Positions 41,401 to 48,648 are shown, counted from the stretch's first letter. The stretch is DNA of 64,000 bases from a virus (IMGVR_UViG_3300037520_001069:1967-65966); one strand, 5' to 3'. Notes: generated by a model from the letters alone, not told the origin. Made by a program: numbers and translations.

Positions 41401-43525
41401 GAGGAGTATGATCACCAATAGATTCGATAACGCAAGAAGGACGCATGACATATACAATGCATACGCGTCCAATATGCAGACTGAAAAGGCTATTGAGATA
41501 TGGGGCAAGAAATACAGAAGCGCGCTCAGGAAAAATGCCACTCAGAAGTATGAGATAAAGCTGAAGGATGGCAATTCGATTCGGATGACAATGAACCAGA
41601 TGTACTACATCTACAATTTGTATAAGGATCCATCTAATTACAAGGCTCTTGATTCGATGAAGCACTTTAAGGGCGACATCAACGGGCTAATGAGCCAAAT
41701 CAACAACTACTTCAACACACCAGAGGGTCAAAAAGTGAAGGAGTGGGCCGATTGGCAAGTCGATGAGTTGTATCCCGCTCTTTACGACATATACAACCCG
41801 GTGTACATGAGGATATACCGAACTCGTATGCCATGGAATAGGTACTATGCCGGCAGAATCTACAGAGAGGGTGCTACGCAAGATGTTGCTCCTGACCTAT
41901 TGGGCGATCGTGGCTCATCGTTCATCACTTACATTGGCGGAGAGTCGACAAAGATGAGGACAGCGTTCAACGCTCCTATCTATATGGACGCTGATGGAGG
42001 AAGAGATGGAGACTCAGTGATGATGGCTTATCTCAACGACATGAACTTCTTTGCAAGTCACGCTGAGGTCATAAGGGATGTTGATAAAGTGCTGAAAACC
42101 AAGCTGATAAAGGACGCAATAGACGTGTATGCCAGCAAAGATGTGTACGACGCTTTATTGGAGATGATTAAGTCGGTTCAGGATGTAGGATTTAACTACA
42201 ATAAGTCTGACAAATTGGTAACAAAGATTACAGACTCAATATACTCAAAGATTACCAGGGCGAAGGTGGCATTGGTGCCAAGGATTTCTTTGACCCAGTT
42301 CACTTCTTTGATTGGTTTTATTCCATACATAGGTCCCGTTGCTTGGTCCAAGTACCTTGTCGAAGCCATAAATCCTGCCGGGCCATCCTACATGAAGGAG
42401 ATCATTGAAAATTCTCCGACCATTGCGAAGAGATACGACACCAACGAGATAACGAGAATGCTTAGCGACTTTCAGGCGCAAAGGAACTCGCTTGTTGGAC
42501 TTAATGAAACGCAAAGGCTTTCAACCATTACTCAATCATTCATTAGGTTTGGTGATAAGGCGAGTCTTATTGGCGTACTGCCAAACTACTTGTACTACAA
42601 GAAGGAGTTCTTGAAGAAGAATCCCGGGAACGAACAAGGGGCCATCAATTACGCATTGTCAAAAATTGAGCCCCAAGTAGACTCCGTAGCACAAAGCTCT
42701 GCCGCTAAAGACAGGAGCTTGGCGCAAAATTCGAGCGTATACCGATATGCATTCCCATTTGTGAGCGCACCATTGGCATTGGCCCGAAGAGAGATGCACG
42801 CTATTCGTAACATCTTTAGAATCCTTACCGGCAAAAAGGCCAAGGGGACTCTTGTTGGGAACATCGGGGCATTGGCAGTATACCACATCCTAATGCCTAC
42901 TCTTGTAACATTGGCCATAAAACTGCCAACAGTTTTGTTGGGAGACTGGGACGAGGACGATGAAGATGATGTAAAGGCCGCTGCTACTTTCGGCAACTTG
43001 TACCTGCTTGGTATCATTCCGCAAGTTTTCTACGCAATGATTGAAAAGCTCAGAGGTAAGCCATGGGCTGACGCTGTTGGTCAAAGCATTATTGCCGAGG
43101 AACTGTTTAGTGTAGCGGAGATCATCCTAAAGCTCTTCAACCCAGACACAATGCCTCTCACAAGCGATGACAAGGCCTACATCCGCCAGGAAGGCGGAGA
43201 TCCAGAGGAGTTTAAGGGGCCAATAGATGAAGACAAGCGCAGAGAGGTCGCCATGAAGCTAATCCTCAAGAGCATTGACATGAAGACCGGTGTTGGCGCC
43301 GAAAACGCCGGCAGGTTTGTCAAGAATATCAACGCCATCGCTGAAGGCGAGGTTGAGGATGTTAGCGATATATTTGCGAGGTTGCTTAACCCTCCACCGA
43401 GTACCTTTAAGGGAACCGGAAAGTATGACAAGAAAAGGTACACCGAAGACGACCTCCAATACATGAAGGCCGAAAACCCAGAGCTTTACCAAAGAATAGT
43501 CGATGAAAATAGAGGCAAAGAGTAA
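29435..43525 (+). CDS. Giant (4696 aa) polyvalent internal virion protein with zincin-like metallopeptidase domains
   Basis: Single ORF; HEYGH (33404, 35780) and HEFGH (39731); Gly/Ala membrane-like stretch; hydrophobic C-terminal region. Confidence 0.8.
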   Translation: MDPLFLASQDAERRRKEEERLKKEQFEARMKKREAYYANTPEARAQRQKDALKERQAKEANKPGNIGNANLPGPRVGKLPEGSTQAPIASQIRASYLDYLKDYKEEEAPVVTKQKAYVPPQEVAGLSSLEKGVDMEPFVKDFNSKYSKYGIYAKSGTTGVRVSTTDGKKSMDIPGALGKVAGGSDALKKFVSENSTRDIVGDLGFQEKAKLAKQQRPVARLNKDGSESTHMYSYAQVGNKFVAYPTLFPKSAESTSNPKDWMELDGDKAYSEAKRRGETVEFNDEASAKAFAAGAWKKSVDPGEELSRRVFRKMGLDNYDQVAAAKRRQNEVEENLTEIREYEEAGVPSAAIRAKYGKDIKAAKQKLISERDELYEFTTSDKVREAIEESSAEQKRAVSRLRAQAKEEAARAKEMLASINKYTKGKYGEEFVDPRNFEINKNVERLLAKDPIEYSSVIRNLNVAYNTYKLASDKAFTEKTYLNATLDKYAQERYTGAINSLYNSTMSSLKEGDMKRVMAKSLLADPNANPDDPALALELAKLAAKNVPSDISLNQKRLNEAMETNNLEGIWDAISENPFEAVAGAVISSFAQVLPIMLDVIPMTMAAGAGAGAAYGARLGLKGAAAGALAGGLRGLTYGQSMSQFTLEVGDAMLSKAREKYDLTDTNQAAMALRDPEVIEAARTTGLARGGTIGAVDALTTALTGRLNLVKPLASRASRVSGTVLAKTAIDIPSEMLGETLAQAAAGQQFSASEVAMEGVGAFGMNTPTTAVAIYKQARGDYYANIADKMSKSPSFIRHMGEDLGTVVDWTNNMRQTGQINAATQQDILMNVSSVREARSMLSAANPNVAQRANQLFFGTGTKAEDRLALLVRAKNILSSNPTGNKATLSEIDNEINYTVQNKEVAPKSISVDLSSIVPQDTMYMLNGRFVLADEMENFIGSGKDGDKDLTESDVVIVGDDRLRSLFAEAKNMGAGVNIDEYEDGEAITISAETKDELPARFREKAKYNEKNKRWEAVTIKEEVKAAPDMGPITNVVSDEVYEAFQQDKTSVPEDVLNGVAIAMGQNKPLSARQEEIYQEYKDQIKEYEDLSGVISSSKAEMETATQALTAKDRQVYAIDRRTGDRFSVSNAEELAKAGERGMKIVTTTNKLSGAIAFSKRGSKMAADDVRTLKYVKDLMNQVGLSKSSYQNAVEQIAKAVENGADVDSAINTAINNLNNSVGVGRWNQSKFNMIMREITGTAVKKSAPTKDMRVDVNMGESMVKPRDVTYTKKVLSMLSKKFNADAKVINDPSIMKSGWVDYSGPKPTIYINTAYSAVDAPMHEYGHVFLDLIRENNLSLYQQILRETFGVGATDQKDFQSAYDNYIKSGKVSVPLFNYVDAKVQANRESGLVDLFDGMSKEEVDVYNAVKDGTAEFDRPEVVREMSIVERLYPEYNTRQRDEEVIVRLLGQYATKELDERAKSYNAIKEFWEAIKTMLAQAIKMSIKDIGASVDENLIRDTIVPNSTLQYIGMLMANPNLKFKDKIQTQFASTQDPYLKKITDAYEDASERARLMMLSPNAAILAGQPDSKSWNMIVFEDRQKAIDSMDNMLSGVKAVLSELESYMNDSNAVYRDLKDFVEKAGPLYDPYTQIQNNAFLDNDEFLRICKKVSDYIMDPSLERPSNIEMLIGLFGSDTSAANDSFSSFLAAFEIEKSLETGVPLQDEALIKSFVYGLTPGFENSFPAIRKDIESTNKELTTQRPEFHLWSMVSSSKESSLGRAASFFGSTTGNFPTDAIDQKGVDNGRTRVMARQQNRRVKSANDGGDFLASSLVTNPMMRNLNESFLNGIAYVHIPFSGDIEGKSLIRDSKKENFGSVQTGGAQFIVSGLAPNNATTMALGSQGEDFVGFLDANVDAQIKRMSATAAAPTGQKISRFTIDVPGRGPTEYKVEANRSKDGSVYVSFTAGGNYPMTGNAMQSMPMVASEVLRMWAGTPVTKITFSVAMGGGTKRPGGEVRAGVYNLIARRMFGKYAVESGSQYEIIVPDAFRPMVSLDNNAVKDMRVDGPGIVQNDAVNSTKYIIPMLKLLSKKFGTKYQVINDPSIMKNGWVDYNGAEPVIYVNMAYPTKDVAAHEYGHIFIDLLKVHNLTLYKDVVREIFGGDRKEIIDDADYQQFRDTNKVSTSIFNGAQYLIAKGLTVDPRMQEMYDAVMNGTASTEKPLIDAERRYVARNYPDLSIIEQEEEILVRLLGKLAADEFTKQSSLYETMMKFWRGIYDLIRSAIQLSVGDLVVPQSMGADVTLEFLAKALVNPRVVFTDRLKGFNRSTSTAGMPQWLIDMEDTYNRARISAASKMQSPNSVLSVMGTDSDARGQVVVFGDKSEAISVAEEYNSNMNKLFDIAVDYGNNVTPEQMLRDYENAKIQFSGQHDVNEVSQSRSGFSMSWYEDIQQEIYLAFEGQGQMPDAFRVFALMVHPDEGGAGISRFRGWDLVNRVAVGDSDMSALKNGIEIRIDSVKDYLSRAQSNFNVGHRVNPLHTASMIAATTTSSAEAYERTILGVAGQQQPSVPDQSFAERRFKAPDDFNDNNFSLAPGSMVTLRVYINELASRMSFVAIPVDARTDIELAFVGPRETIKTQPGISTLRTHILENQQGDWARDNSAALDGLVAETIRRAKNAVTSPPSSSSSRSRTKEIMVQVPELKDKDTGVVTPAYVVTYQVHTDLESNSFGQGISLRFNVKGDTYLKLENAQQSMPSVIRAAISLWEGTPLSYITFGVSGIGKDSYKPDGTIKRTAKQQREQVYNFFGRKVAGKYYEQSGSGTTILIPETMRPVINNTNQGIKDSRVDLDLRNDGTGIMLNGTPDEEMAGQTLPPSFKEELAKTPAIFPDEYRASDVLDETHASGSKFIGIIKKWANGAIKYKKKTGDVSVEKTFLVPFADKNVYSQLERLEREIDAKEGDVEAKTEEMNTIAKEYYQSTMLGMVQNLLAIFDSLTDDFKAKAKDWYIGANRTANFLSNKYGVSLEQSSAILAVFSPKKEWFNNIADAERFLDVMKNDYQTVFTKADADKVISKLTKGKVNSLKSRRKIEDSQLKKFAELLNAHFKKYGEVSMEQMDRMGVSEEVQSQIVRGLMSLNYPKNTYGMFNPDGTFDRPSTTTYSENSYDNMGKAMRIYKDGSLQNIHQELGAYNKIRNFYNNIVDPNSPIPYVTADTHALSGALGISVSADEASASGLFAEGFSSIYAMTKEAYIIAAQITGYSPREMQSIVWEAVRTGINDKGRSAAQKQKIFSTATQKNKKSRYERTTETINENQSKNPEWGGGNVKIQVPEFLQGAGDRAKSRLREILLKWKQLRGRVGAAANMGGGSTPKNSANYAFLNSRGSIKRSMQVVRMLQKAFPDAVVFMSESDWNEMAPSLNIKANGAYGVTQNGKVYINPAVHKGDTDMFETVIHEFGHLWVNYIKTYNKALYGRGIALAMEEPDVASGKMSAEEMLATMIGQRGKSELLVASEKFGSKQKFKNFLGELYDMLRNAFRFLRGMSDAEIASLTMDEFIGGALMDLFSGVPIPESREAFEATFSADPQFRETESVYDMVSRARIEGYKDSEIARMLEKNLPATPDRKDIIIDALRVMPFDLFNEFPDSFKNLPGGINLGKTMLTSVLDEVKKFAKKAVDGKKPTMAKVRQFALTELGKRDAFKDAPESLRMQMMMDLDSIVNITENKAIQNRMKEYAKKVRAMKKGARELTKIKKEMMSLIRAGLPKTMYTRSDVVTLLRKLNEATYANIKQVQDEVFEFITSIKVRDLKEKVKKQLDIATTKIEYNKRKGKSTIGLQDTMEFINQNIMDEKASPEQINERIVKLQGIIDTESNPDIIAAAQMAMNYNRALMLEDNEFIKYQYLSDVSDFLKALINEDRAIFRQIMAESVAYYNNLKSAAFFDITGNAVDFSNAQEVEAAEDSLSGAQVEQSRSRFRAIMSKAASSLFVAFESIEGLVERISFAADEMFGGVLRSMITNRFDNARRTHDIYNAYASNMQTEKAIEIWGKKYRSALRKNATQKYEIKLKDGNSIRMTMNQMYYIYNLYKDPSNYKALDSMKHFKGDINGLMSQINNYFNTPEGQKVKEWADWQVDELYPALYDIYNPVYMRIYRTRMPWNRYYAGRIYREGATQDVAPDLLGDRGSSFITYIGGESTKMRTAFNAPIYMDADGGRDGDSVMMAYLNDMNFFASHAEVIRDVDKVLKTKLIKDAIDVYASKDVYDALLEMIKSVQDVGFNYNKSDKLVTKITDSIYSKITRAKVALVPRISLTQFTSLIGFIPYIGPVAWSKYLVEAINPAGPSYMKEIIENSPTIAKRYDTNEITRMLSDFQAQRNSLVGLNETQRLSTITQSFIRFGDKASLIGVLPNYLYYKKEFLKKNPGNEQGAINYALSKIEPQVDSVAQSSAAKDRSLAQNSSVYRYAFPFVSAPLALARREMHAIRNIFRILTGKKAKGTLVGNIGALAVYHILMPTLVTLAIKLPTVLLGDWDEDDEDDVKAAATFGNLYLLGIIPQVFYAMIEKLRGKPWADAVGQSIIAEELFSVAEIILKLFNPDTMPLTSDDKAYIRQEGGDPEEFKGPIDEDKRREVAMKLILKSIDMKTGVGAENAGRFVKNINAIAEGEVEDVSDIFARLLNPPPSTFKGTGKYDKKRYTEDDLQYMKAENPELYQRIVDENRGKE

Positions 43526-44378
43526 GAACATCCACATCATACACGTTGACGACGAGCAGGAGTTTCTGCTGATAAGTGATGCGCACTGGGACAATCCGCA
43601 TTGTGACCGGGAGCTTTTGGAGAACCACCTCAAGGAGGCCGTCAAGAGAAACGCCATCATCCTCATCAATGGGGACCTATTCTGCTGTATGCAGGGGAAG
43701 GCCGATCCTCGTAGGAGCAAGGACGACATAAGGCCGGAACACAACAACGGCCGGTATCTTGACTCCATCGTGTCAACGGCGGTCGAGTGGTTTAAACCAT
43801 ACGCCAAGAACATCGCCGTAATTGGCTATGGGAACCACGAAACCGGCGTGATGAAGAACGCGGAGACAGACCTCATCGCTAGGTTCGTGGACCTACTCAA
43901 TTACAGCACGGGGTCGGAGGTTTATGCCGGAGGATATGGGGGGACCATTGAGGTCGTGATGAACTATGCGGGGGAACGCGGCAACCAATCGTTCGCCATA
44001 CACTATTTCCACGGGTCTGGAGGCGGTGGACCGGTCACAAAGGGCGTTATCCAGGACCAAAGGATGATGGCCCAGATTGAGGGGTACGACATGACCTGGC
44101 AGGGCCACGTCCATGAGTTGTACCACCACATAAACATGATCCATCGGTACGATCGGCTGAAGAAGGCGATCTCAATAAGGCCTATACACCAATTACGCAC
44201 CGCCACCTACAAGGAGGAATGGGCAGACGGCTACATGGGATTCCATGTGGAAAGGGGTAGGTCGCCCAAGCCCATGGGCGGCTACTGGATGAAGCTGAAA
44301 GTAAAAAGGCAGTATTCCGGAAGGGGCCCCGAACGATACATCTCCGCAGAATTGAGCCCCTGCTCTGATATGTACTAA
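43503..44378 (+). CDS. Calcineurin-like metallophosphoesterase
   Basis: SDAH, NGD, GNHE, FHG and GHVH motifs. Confidence 0.85.
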   Translation: MKIEAKSKNIHIIHVDDEQEFLLISDAHWDNPHCDRELLENHLKEAVKRNAIILINGDLFCCMQGKADPRRSKDDIRPEHNNGRYLDSIVSTAVEWFKPYAKNIAVIGYGNHETGVMKNAETDLIARFVDLLNYSTGSEVYAGGYGGTIEVVMNYAGERGNQSFAIHYFHGSGGGGPVTKGVIQDQRMMAQIEGYDMTWQGHVHELYHHINMIHRYDRLKKAISIRPIHQLRTATYKEEWADGYMGFHVERGRSPKPMGGYWMKLKVKRQYSGRGPERYISAELSPCSDMY

Positions 44379-44584
44379 CTGCCGTCTCCGTCAGCCTCTG
44401 GGTTGACGGTCTGTATGTTGAATGGTGAAGCCTTTATCTCCGCCAACTGCTGAGATATGGACGCCACGGCAGCCTTGACGGAAATGTCGTCCTCGTCAAC
44501 TATGGCCTCATACAAGCAGGCCATCTCGTCATACATGGACGAAAGCCTCTTTATGGCTATCTCGGCTCGCTGATCGCTATTCAT
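44375..44584 (-). CDS. Hypothetical protein
   Basis: MNSDQRAEIAI...; last gene of the - strand arm, converging with the + arm. Confidence 0.5.
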   Translation of the reverse strand: MNSDQRAEIAIKRLSSMYDEMACLYEAIVDEDDISVKAAVASISQQLAEIKASPFNIQTVNPEADGDGS

Positions 44585-44834
44585 GATCCAAAGATAATGT
44601 GTCGCACCAAATCGGCGTTTTTTCGCCAATATAAGCGTATCTGACATTGAAATCAAAATAATCCATGGCCTCTTCTTCGGTCATGTCTCTCATGAGAATC
44701 TCGATGCATTTGTCAACAGAGTAAATGACCCGCATCTCTCTGCGCTCAAGGCCAATGATGGCTTCGTTGAATCCATCGGCGTACATGAGTTCGCCGAAGT
44801 ACTCATTGATTAGTGTGTCGTACAGATTGCTCAT
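44577..44834 (-). CDS. Conserved small phage protein
   Basis: ADGFNEAIIG...YSVDKCIEIL...EEAMDYFDFNV..AYIGEKTP. Confidence 0.75.
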   Translation of the reverse strand: MSNLYDTLINEYFGELMYADGFNEAIIGLERREMRVIYSVDKCIEILMRDMTEEEAMDYFDFNVRYAYIGEKTPIWCDTLSLDHE

Positions 44835-45304
44835 TTTAACCGGAGGATGGTCATGTCTTGTGGCGCCGGTGGGATGCCACCGAAGTATGCGGGTAGCGTA
44901 TAAGTGATAAGGGGTATGCGCACCTTGAAGGTCGTAGAGAAATCATTGATATGCACCGAGGCGTTGTTCCCCTGGTTGGAAATCAAACACCGCACCTTCT
45001 GCCCGGGATGAACCGCGCGTAGGTAGCGAATCTCCCGGTGTCCGTTGATGTAAGCGGTGGCGTACATCTTGATGTACTGACCCTCATCGCTCGGCATCCA
45101 GCAAATGCGTACCGAGTTGCGCTTGTGGTAAGGCCAACCGGACACGCCCCAGAGTTTGTTGATGCCATAGCCTTCCATGCCGGTACTCTTGTAAAGGCAC
45201 GACTCCGTGAACTCATAGTCTCTCCTCCAAATAGTTCCGATGGTGGGGAGCATTAGGTCATTCTCGGCCCAGTTCTTTCCTTCTTTGATGATGATTCTTT
45301 TCAT
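44831..45304 (-). CDS. Hypothetical protein (possible lectin or polysaccharide-lyase-like beta fold)
   Basis: INKLWGVS...NSVRICW...YFGG..PAP. Confidence 0.55.
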   Translation of the reverse strand: MKRIIIKEGKNWAENDLMLPTIGTIWRRDYEFTESCLYKSTGMEGYGINKLWGVSGWPYHKRNSVRICWMPSDEGQYIKMYATAYINGHREIRYLRAVHPGQKVRCLISNQGNNASVHINDFSTTFKVRIPLITYTLPAYFGGIPPAPQDMTILRLK

Positions 45305-45690
45305 GGCTTTATGGTTTGGAAAAGTTGATATTTACCGCATTTATCGGTTATGTCTTTTAACTGCGGGCCGAAGCCGTTTGACCTTGATAACACATACTCG
45401 CACTTATCCCCCTTCTCCCGAACCTCAATGACCTTCCAGGGACGCTCGTTGGAGCAGGAGGAAAATGTCATCAGCAATCCAATGGCAAGCAAGCCGCCCG
45501 TCTGCTTTACCTTTTCAAGGTACACTACGGCATCCATCAGCTCTTCTTGAAGGTGCTGAATCCATTGTATCGGAGTTAAGTCATTGCGGTCCATGGTCGT
45601 GCCATACTTGGCTTTACCCATGGCCGCCCGGTCGTGGAACTGCTGTACCACGCTCTCAACAATCGAGTCGCTTTTAGGTGTGTCTTTCAT
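45301..45690 (-). CDS. NTP-pyrophosphatase-like N-terminal domain with a lipoprotein-like C-terminal extension
   Basis: G.AKYGTTMDRNDL...W..HLQEELMDAVVY, then LLAIGLLMTFSSC. Confidence 0.55.
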   Translation of the reverse strand: MKDTPKSDSIVESVVQQFHDRAAMGKAKYGTTMDRNDLTPIQWIQHLQEELMDAVVYLEKVKQTGGLLAIGLLMTFSSCSNERPWKVIEVREKGDKCEYVLSRSNGFGPQLKDITDKCGKYQLFQTIKP

Positions 45691-45732
45691 TCTGTTTGTT
45701 GTACCGGTTACACTTTGTAACCATTTATAGTG

Positions 45733-46026
45733 CTAATCCTTCACGAACATACCATCCACCATCTTACCGGTGCGATTTTTAATGACATTGTAGGCCGACT
45801 CCAAGCAGTCCTGCAAGTCCATGCCTTGCATCTTGCATTGGATAATCAGCGTTACCATAATGTCGCCAATGGCGTCCTTGATTTCCTCCGGGTTTTCGTC
45901 CAGGATAGCATGGCATAGCTCATCGACCTCCTCTTCGGTCTTCATGGCCTGCGTGAGGGGTGTAGCCTTTGAGAGAATGCCTTTCTCTTCGGCCCATTGT
46001 TCTACGAGTTGGATTGTTTGTTTCAT
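45733..46026 (-). CDS. MazG-like nucleotide pyrophosphohydrolase
   Basis: KTEEEVDEL...DAIGDIMVTL...AYNVIKNRTGKMVDGMFVKD. Confidence 0.85.
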   Translation of the reverse strand: MKQTIQLVEQWAEEKGILSKATPLTQAMKTEEEVDELCHAILDENPEEIKDAIGDIMVTLIIQCKMQGMDLQDCLESAYNVIKNRTGKMVDGMFVKD

Positions 46027-46241
46027 TGGCCTAAGCATCCGCAATTCTGGCCACAAGAATCCATGAAGCATCCGTTGCCGTCGTTGCCGGTACATTTTAT
46101 TTTTTCCTGCTCAATATGTTTAGGCGGTAAGCCCGTTATTTCTGAAATAATTCTCGCCCCATTACAGGTTGGGCAAGAGCTAAAAAAGGCATCAGGCGTA
46201 CCACTGCCAGTACCCTTGCAAATTGGACATTTTTGCCACAT
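46023..46241 (-). CDS. Small zinc-finger protein (DnaJ-type CxxCxGxG)
   Basis: CPICKGTG and CPTCNGAR; Cys-rich tail. Confidence 0.6.
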   Translation of the reverse strand: MWQKCPICKGTGSGTPDAFFSSCPTCNGARIISEITGLPPKHIEQEKIKCTGNDGNGCFMDSCGQNCGCLGQ

Positions 46242-46273
46242 AATTTATGGGTTAAGTTTAGGGGTTTAAAGGT

Positions 46274-46489
46274 CTATGCAAGTGTATAGTTATCCTCAAA
46301 GAACTTCTTTGAAACAAGCCATTGGTCCGAATGATTCTCTGGATTACGAGCAATCATGTCGCCATCCTTTGGGCTACCATTCTCCCTATCTTCTTTTGAT
46401 ATTGAAACGGAATCACTCAAAGCCTCCCCTACGATGTAAGGTCGCATTTCGCCTAATTGTTTTTTTCGGTATAGTTTAAAGTCGCTCAT
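46274..46489 (-). CDS. Small conserved phage protein
   Basis: YRKK...GSPKDGDMIARNPENHSDQWLV...FFEDNY. Confidence 0.7.
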   Translation of the reverse strand: MSDFKLYRKKQLGEMRPYIVGEALSDSVSISKEDRENGSPKDGDMIARNPENHSDQWLVSKKFFEDNYTLA

Positions 46490-46624
46490 TGTATTTGGGT
46501 TTAGAAGAGTAAAATTATGCACAAAGTATTACTTTTCACTACTTTACGCAAAAATATACCCTATTGGGTACGGCAAAGTGAAAAGAACGCTAAAAACGCA
46601 CTTTCGGTTCCCGATAGGGTATAA

Positions 46625-47074
46625 TTATGTGTAAATAGACAGAATCCTCTCTCCCGGCTCAAGGTTCATCATGGCCGATTGCTCTGTGTTATACATACCC
46701 CTCGCAGATACTCCGTCAAAAATGGTGAAGTACGACAACTTGAGTTGTGCCTCCTTCTTCTTCATCGCCTTATCTATGTCAGACTCAATCATTGACATCA
46801 ACTTGGCAACGCGCTTGTCATAAGAGGATATCCCCTCAATGGTCTGTAGGCTATACATGACCGTGGTGTGGTTCCTCGCATCAAAATGACGCAGTATCTC
46901 CTTGTAGCTCATGTGCATGAACTTGCGAAGCATATACATCATTATCTGACGGGCCTCAACGCTCTTGCGAGTGCCAGACCTTCGGCGCAAATCATTCAAT
47001 GAAACGCCGCAAATTTCAGAGACGATTTCTCGAATCATCTCAATCGTTCTTGTAGATCTCTGTTCTAATTCCAT
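46625..47074 (-). CDS. DnaA C-terminal (domain IV)-like HTH protein
   Basis: ARQIMMYMLR...SYKEI...RNHTTVMYS matches the DnaA domain IV RDHTTV motif. Confidence 0.75.
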   Translation of the reverse strand: MELEQRSTRTIEMIREIVSEICGVSLNDLRRRSGTRKSVEARQIMMYMLRKFMHMSYKEILRHFDARNHTTVMYSLQTIEGISSYDKRVAKLMSMIESDIDKAMKKKEAQLKLSYFTIFDGVSARGMYNTEQSAMMNLEPGERILSIYT

Positions 47075-47282
47075 GTTTATTAAGTTCTTCTATTCTGTAT
47101 TTCTGTAATTCGGAAAGCCGTCCGATCGGGGTTTTTATTTCGCTGAACAACACATCTGAGTTTGGAGGAATCGCAATGAGGTCGGGTATCCCATTCTTGT
47201 TGGTCTTAATCAACTTAATGACATAATACCCCTCCGCTTCCAACTGCTTTATCCTTTTCGCTTGAATCTGTTGTTCCCTCAT
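47040..47282 (-). CDS. VRR-NUC-like nuclease
   Basis: E.QIQ...GIPDL...FSEIK...GRLSELQ. Confidence 0.85.
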   Translation of the reverse strand: MREQQIQAKRIKQLEAEGYYVIKLIKTNKNGIPDLIAIPPNSDVLFSEIKTPIGRLSELQKYRIEELNKHGIRTEIYKND

Positions 47283-48511
47283 AAAAAGTCTCGTCTAAAG
47301 TGGTAAATGGTGTAATCCAACTTCTTAGTGACCATCTTGTATATCCGGACCTCTATGCCGCCATCGGAAAAAAGCCAGACAACATTGTTCTCAAGCCTAT
47401 CCATCGTGGTCATCCGGTCTCTTGATTGCCAATAAGATGTCGCACTGAAATCGATGTTGAAATATACAAGCAAATCGGCCTCCTTTAAAGAAATCCCCTC
47501 TCTGCCCGATATTATTTGCAGTGCTATGTGCTTGTCGGTCGAGTTGAACTCCTCCAAGTTATCGGTCAAGGTGTACTCAAGTACACTCTTCAGCAACTCA
47601 TACTCGGCTTTGAACTTGTAAAATATGCCAAGTTTCATGCCCGAAAAGTGAGTTCTGATGTAATGCGCCTTTGCGTAATCAAAACATAGGTGCTTCCCGC
47701 TCTCAAAAATTACCGTTCCAGAATAAATCTGGTGGAGTTTGTTCATCAACTTGACCTCTGTGTCTGCCAAAATAACTTCATCACCAACCCTCACAACCTT
47801 GTCCTTCTTCAGTTGCTTGGCGAGTTCGTGGGTGGCAGGACTCATTTCAACAGACTCTATCCTCTCATTTATGGTCGTCAAAAAACCGGCCTCTTGCTGA
47901 GTGAACGATATTGTGTATGGCTCCATCGCTTTCAGAATGCTCTTGTGCCCATCGCTATAGTCCTTGACATCATAGCCATTTATCTTCTTGGTCTTTAATG
48001 TCACATAGTCCCTTGCGAACAGGTAAAAGTTACGATACCCAATGAACGGATTTCCAGGGATGCCGTACATCTGATGATAAATCTGAGAGTAAGATTCGGG
48101 AGTTGGAGTTCCCGATAGCAGAACAACGCGTAATGGCTTATTAGCGTAAATCAGCTTCGCAATGTCAGAAGCCCTCCTGCTTGGCTTGGGAAACGCACCA
48201 AGGCAATGGGCTTCGTCCAATACCAAGAAATCCCACTTGCACTTGGGTAGTTTGTGGGCAGACTCGTAATTGGTCACCGTCACACTTAATGCCGTTCCGT
48301 AATTCTTTATGTCGGCTTGTATACCTGCAACTGCTTTTTTCTTCGTGAGGAACAATACTTGCCCTTGCCGTAATACTTTCTCACAACACGCAATGCTTGT
48401 AAGAGTCTTGCCCGTTCTGACCTGCATGGCCAAGTAAAGAAATCCGTGGCGACTCAATATCCTTGAGCCCCTATCAGATATGTCTATCTGATAATCTCTC
48501 AGCGTGATCAC
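47279..48511 (-). CDS. SF2 (SNF2-like) helicase
   Basis: LRDYQ, RTGKT, LDEAH, LSGTP, GREGISL and QSRDR. Confidence 0.88.
   Translation of the reverse strand: MITLRDYQIDISDRGSRILSRHGFLYLAMQVRTGKTLTSIACCEKVLRQGQVLFLTKKKAVAGIQADIKNYGTALSVTVTNYESAHKLPKCKWDFLVLDEAHCLGAFPKPSRRASDIAKLIYANKPLRVVLLSGTPTPESYSQIYHQMYGIPGNPFIGYRNFYLFARDYVTLKTKKINGYDVKDYSDGHKSILKAMEPYTISFTQQEAGFLTTINERIESVEMSPATHELAKQLKKDKVVRVGDEVILADTEVKLMNKLHQIYSGTVIFESGKHLCFDYAKAHYIRTHFSGMKLGIFYKFKAEYELLKSVLEYTLTDNLEEFNSTDKHIALQIISGREGISLKEADLLVYFNIDFSATSYWQSRDRMTTMDRLENNVVWLFSDGGIEVRIYKMVTKKLDYTIYHFRRDFL
47570..47587. repeat. One-mismatch copy of the 18-bp palindrome inside the helicase gene
   Basis: GGTGTACTCAAGTACACT. Confidence 0.85.
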
Positions 48512-48648
48512 GCGCTAAAAGAGAAAAAGACAAAATGATCCGATCCGATCAGAAAAGTGCTTCCAGTATACCAGTTCAATGTATGTTGAATAGTGTACCC
48601 GTAACGAGTCTCAATAAAGTCACTCGTCACAACATATGCATAATTCAT
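48508..48648 (-). CDS. Possible 46-aa peptide (not in the ORF track)
   Basis: MNYAYVVTSDF...FVFFSFSA*; 4-nt overlaps with both neighbours. Confidence 0.35.
   Translation of the reverse strand: MNYAYVVTSDFIETRYGYTIQHTLNWYTGSTFLIGSDHFVFFSFSA

Noticed and set aside
29435-43525. The giant protein as a virion RNA polymerase (crAss- or N4-like)
   Set aside because: I saw no convincing DFDxD/NADFDGD or T7-type catalytic motifs; DADGGRDGD near the C-terminus does not fit. It cannot be fully excluded without an HMM search.
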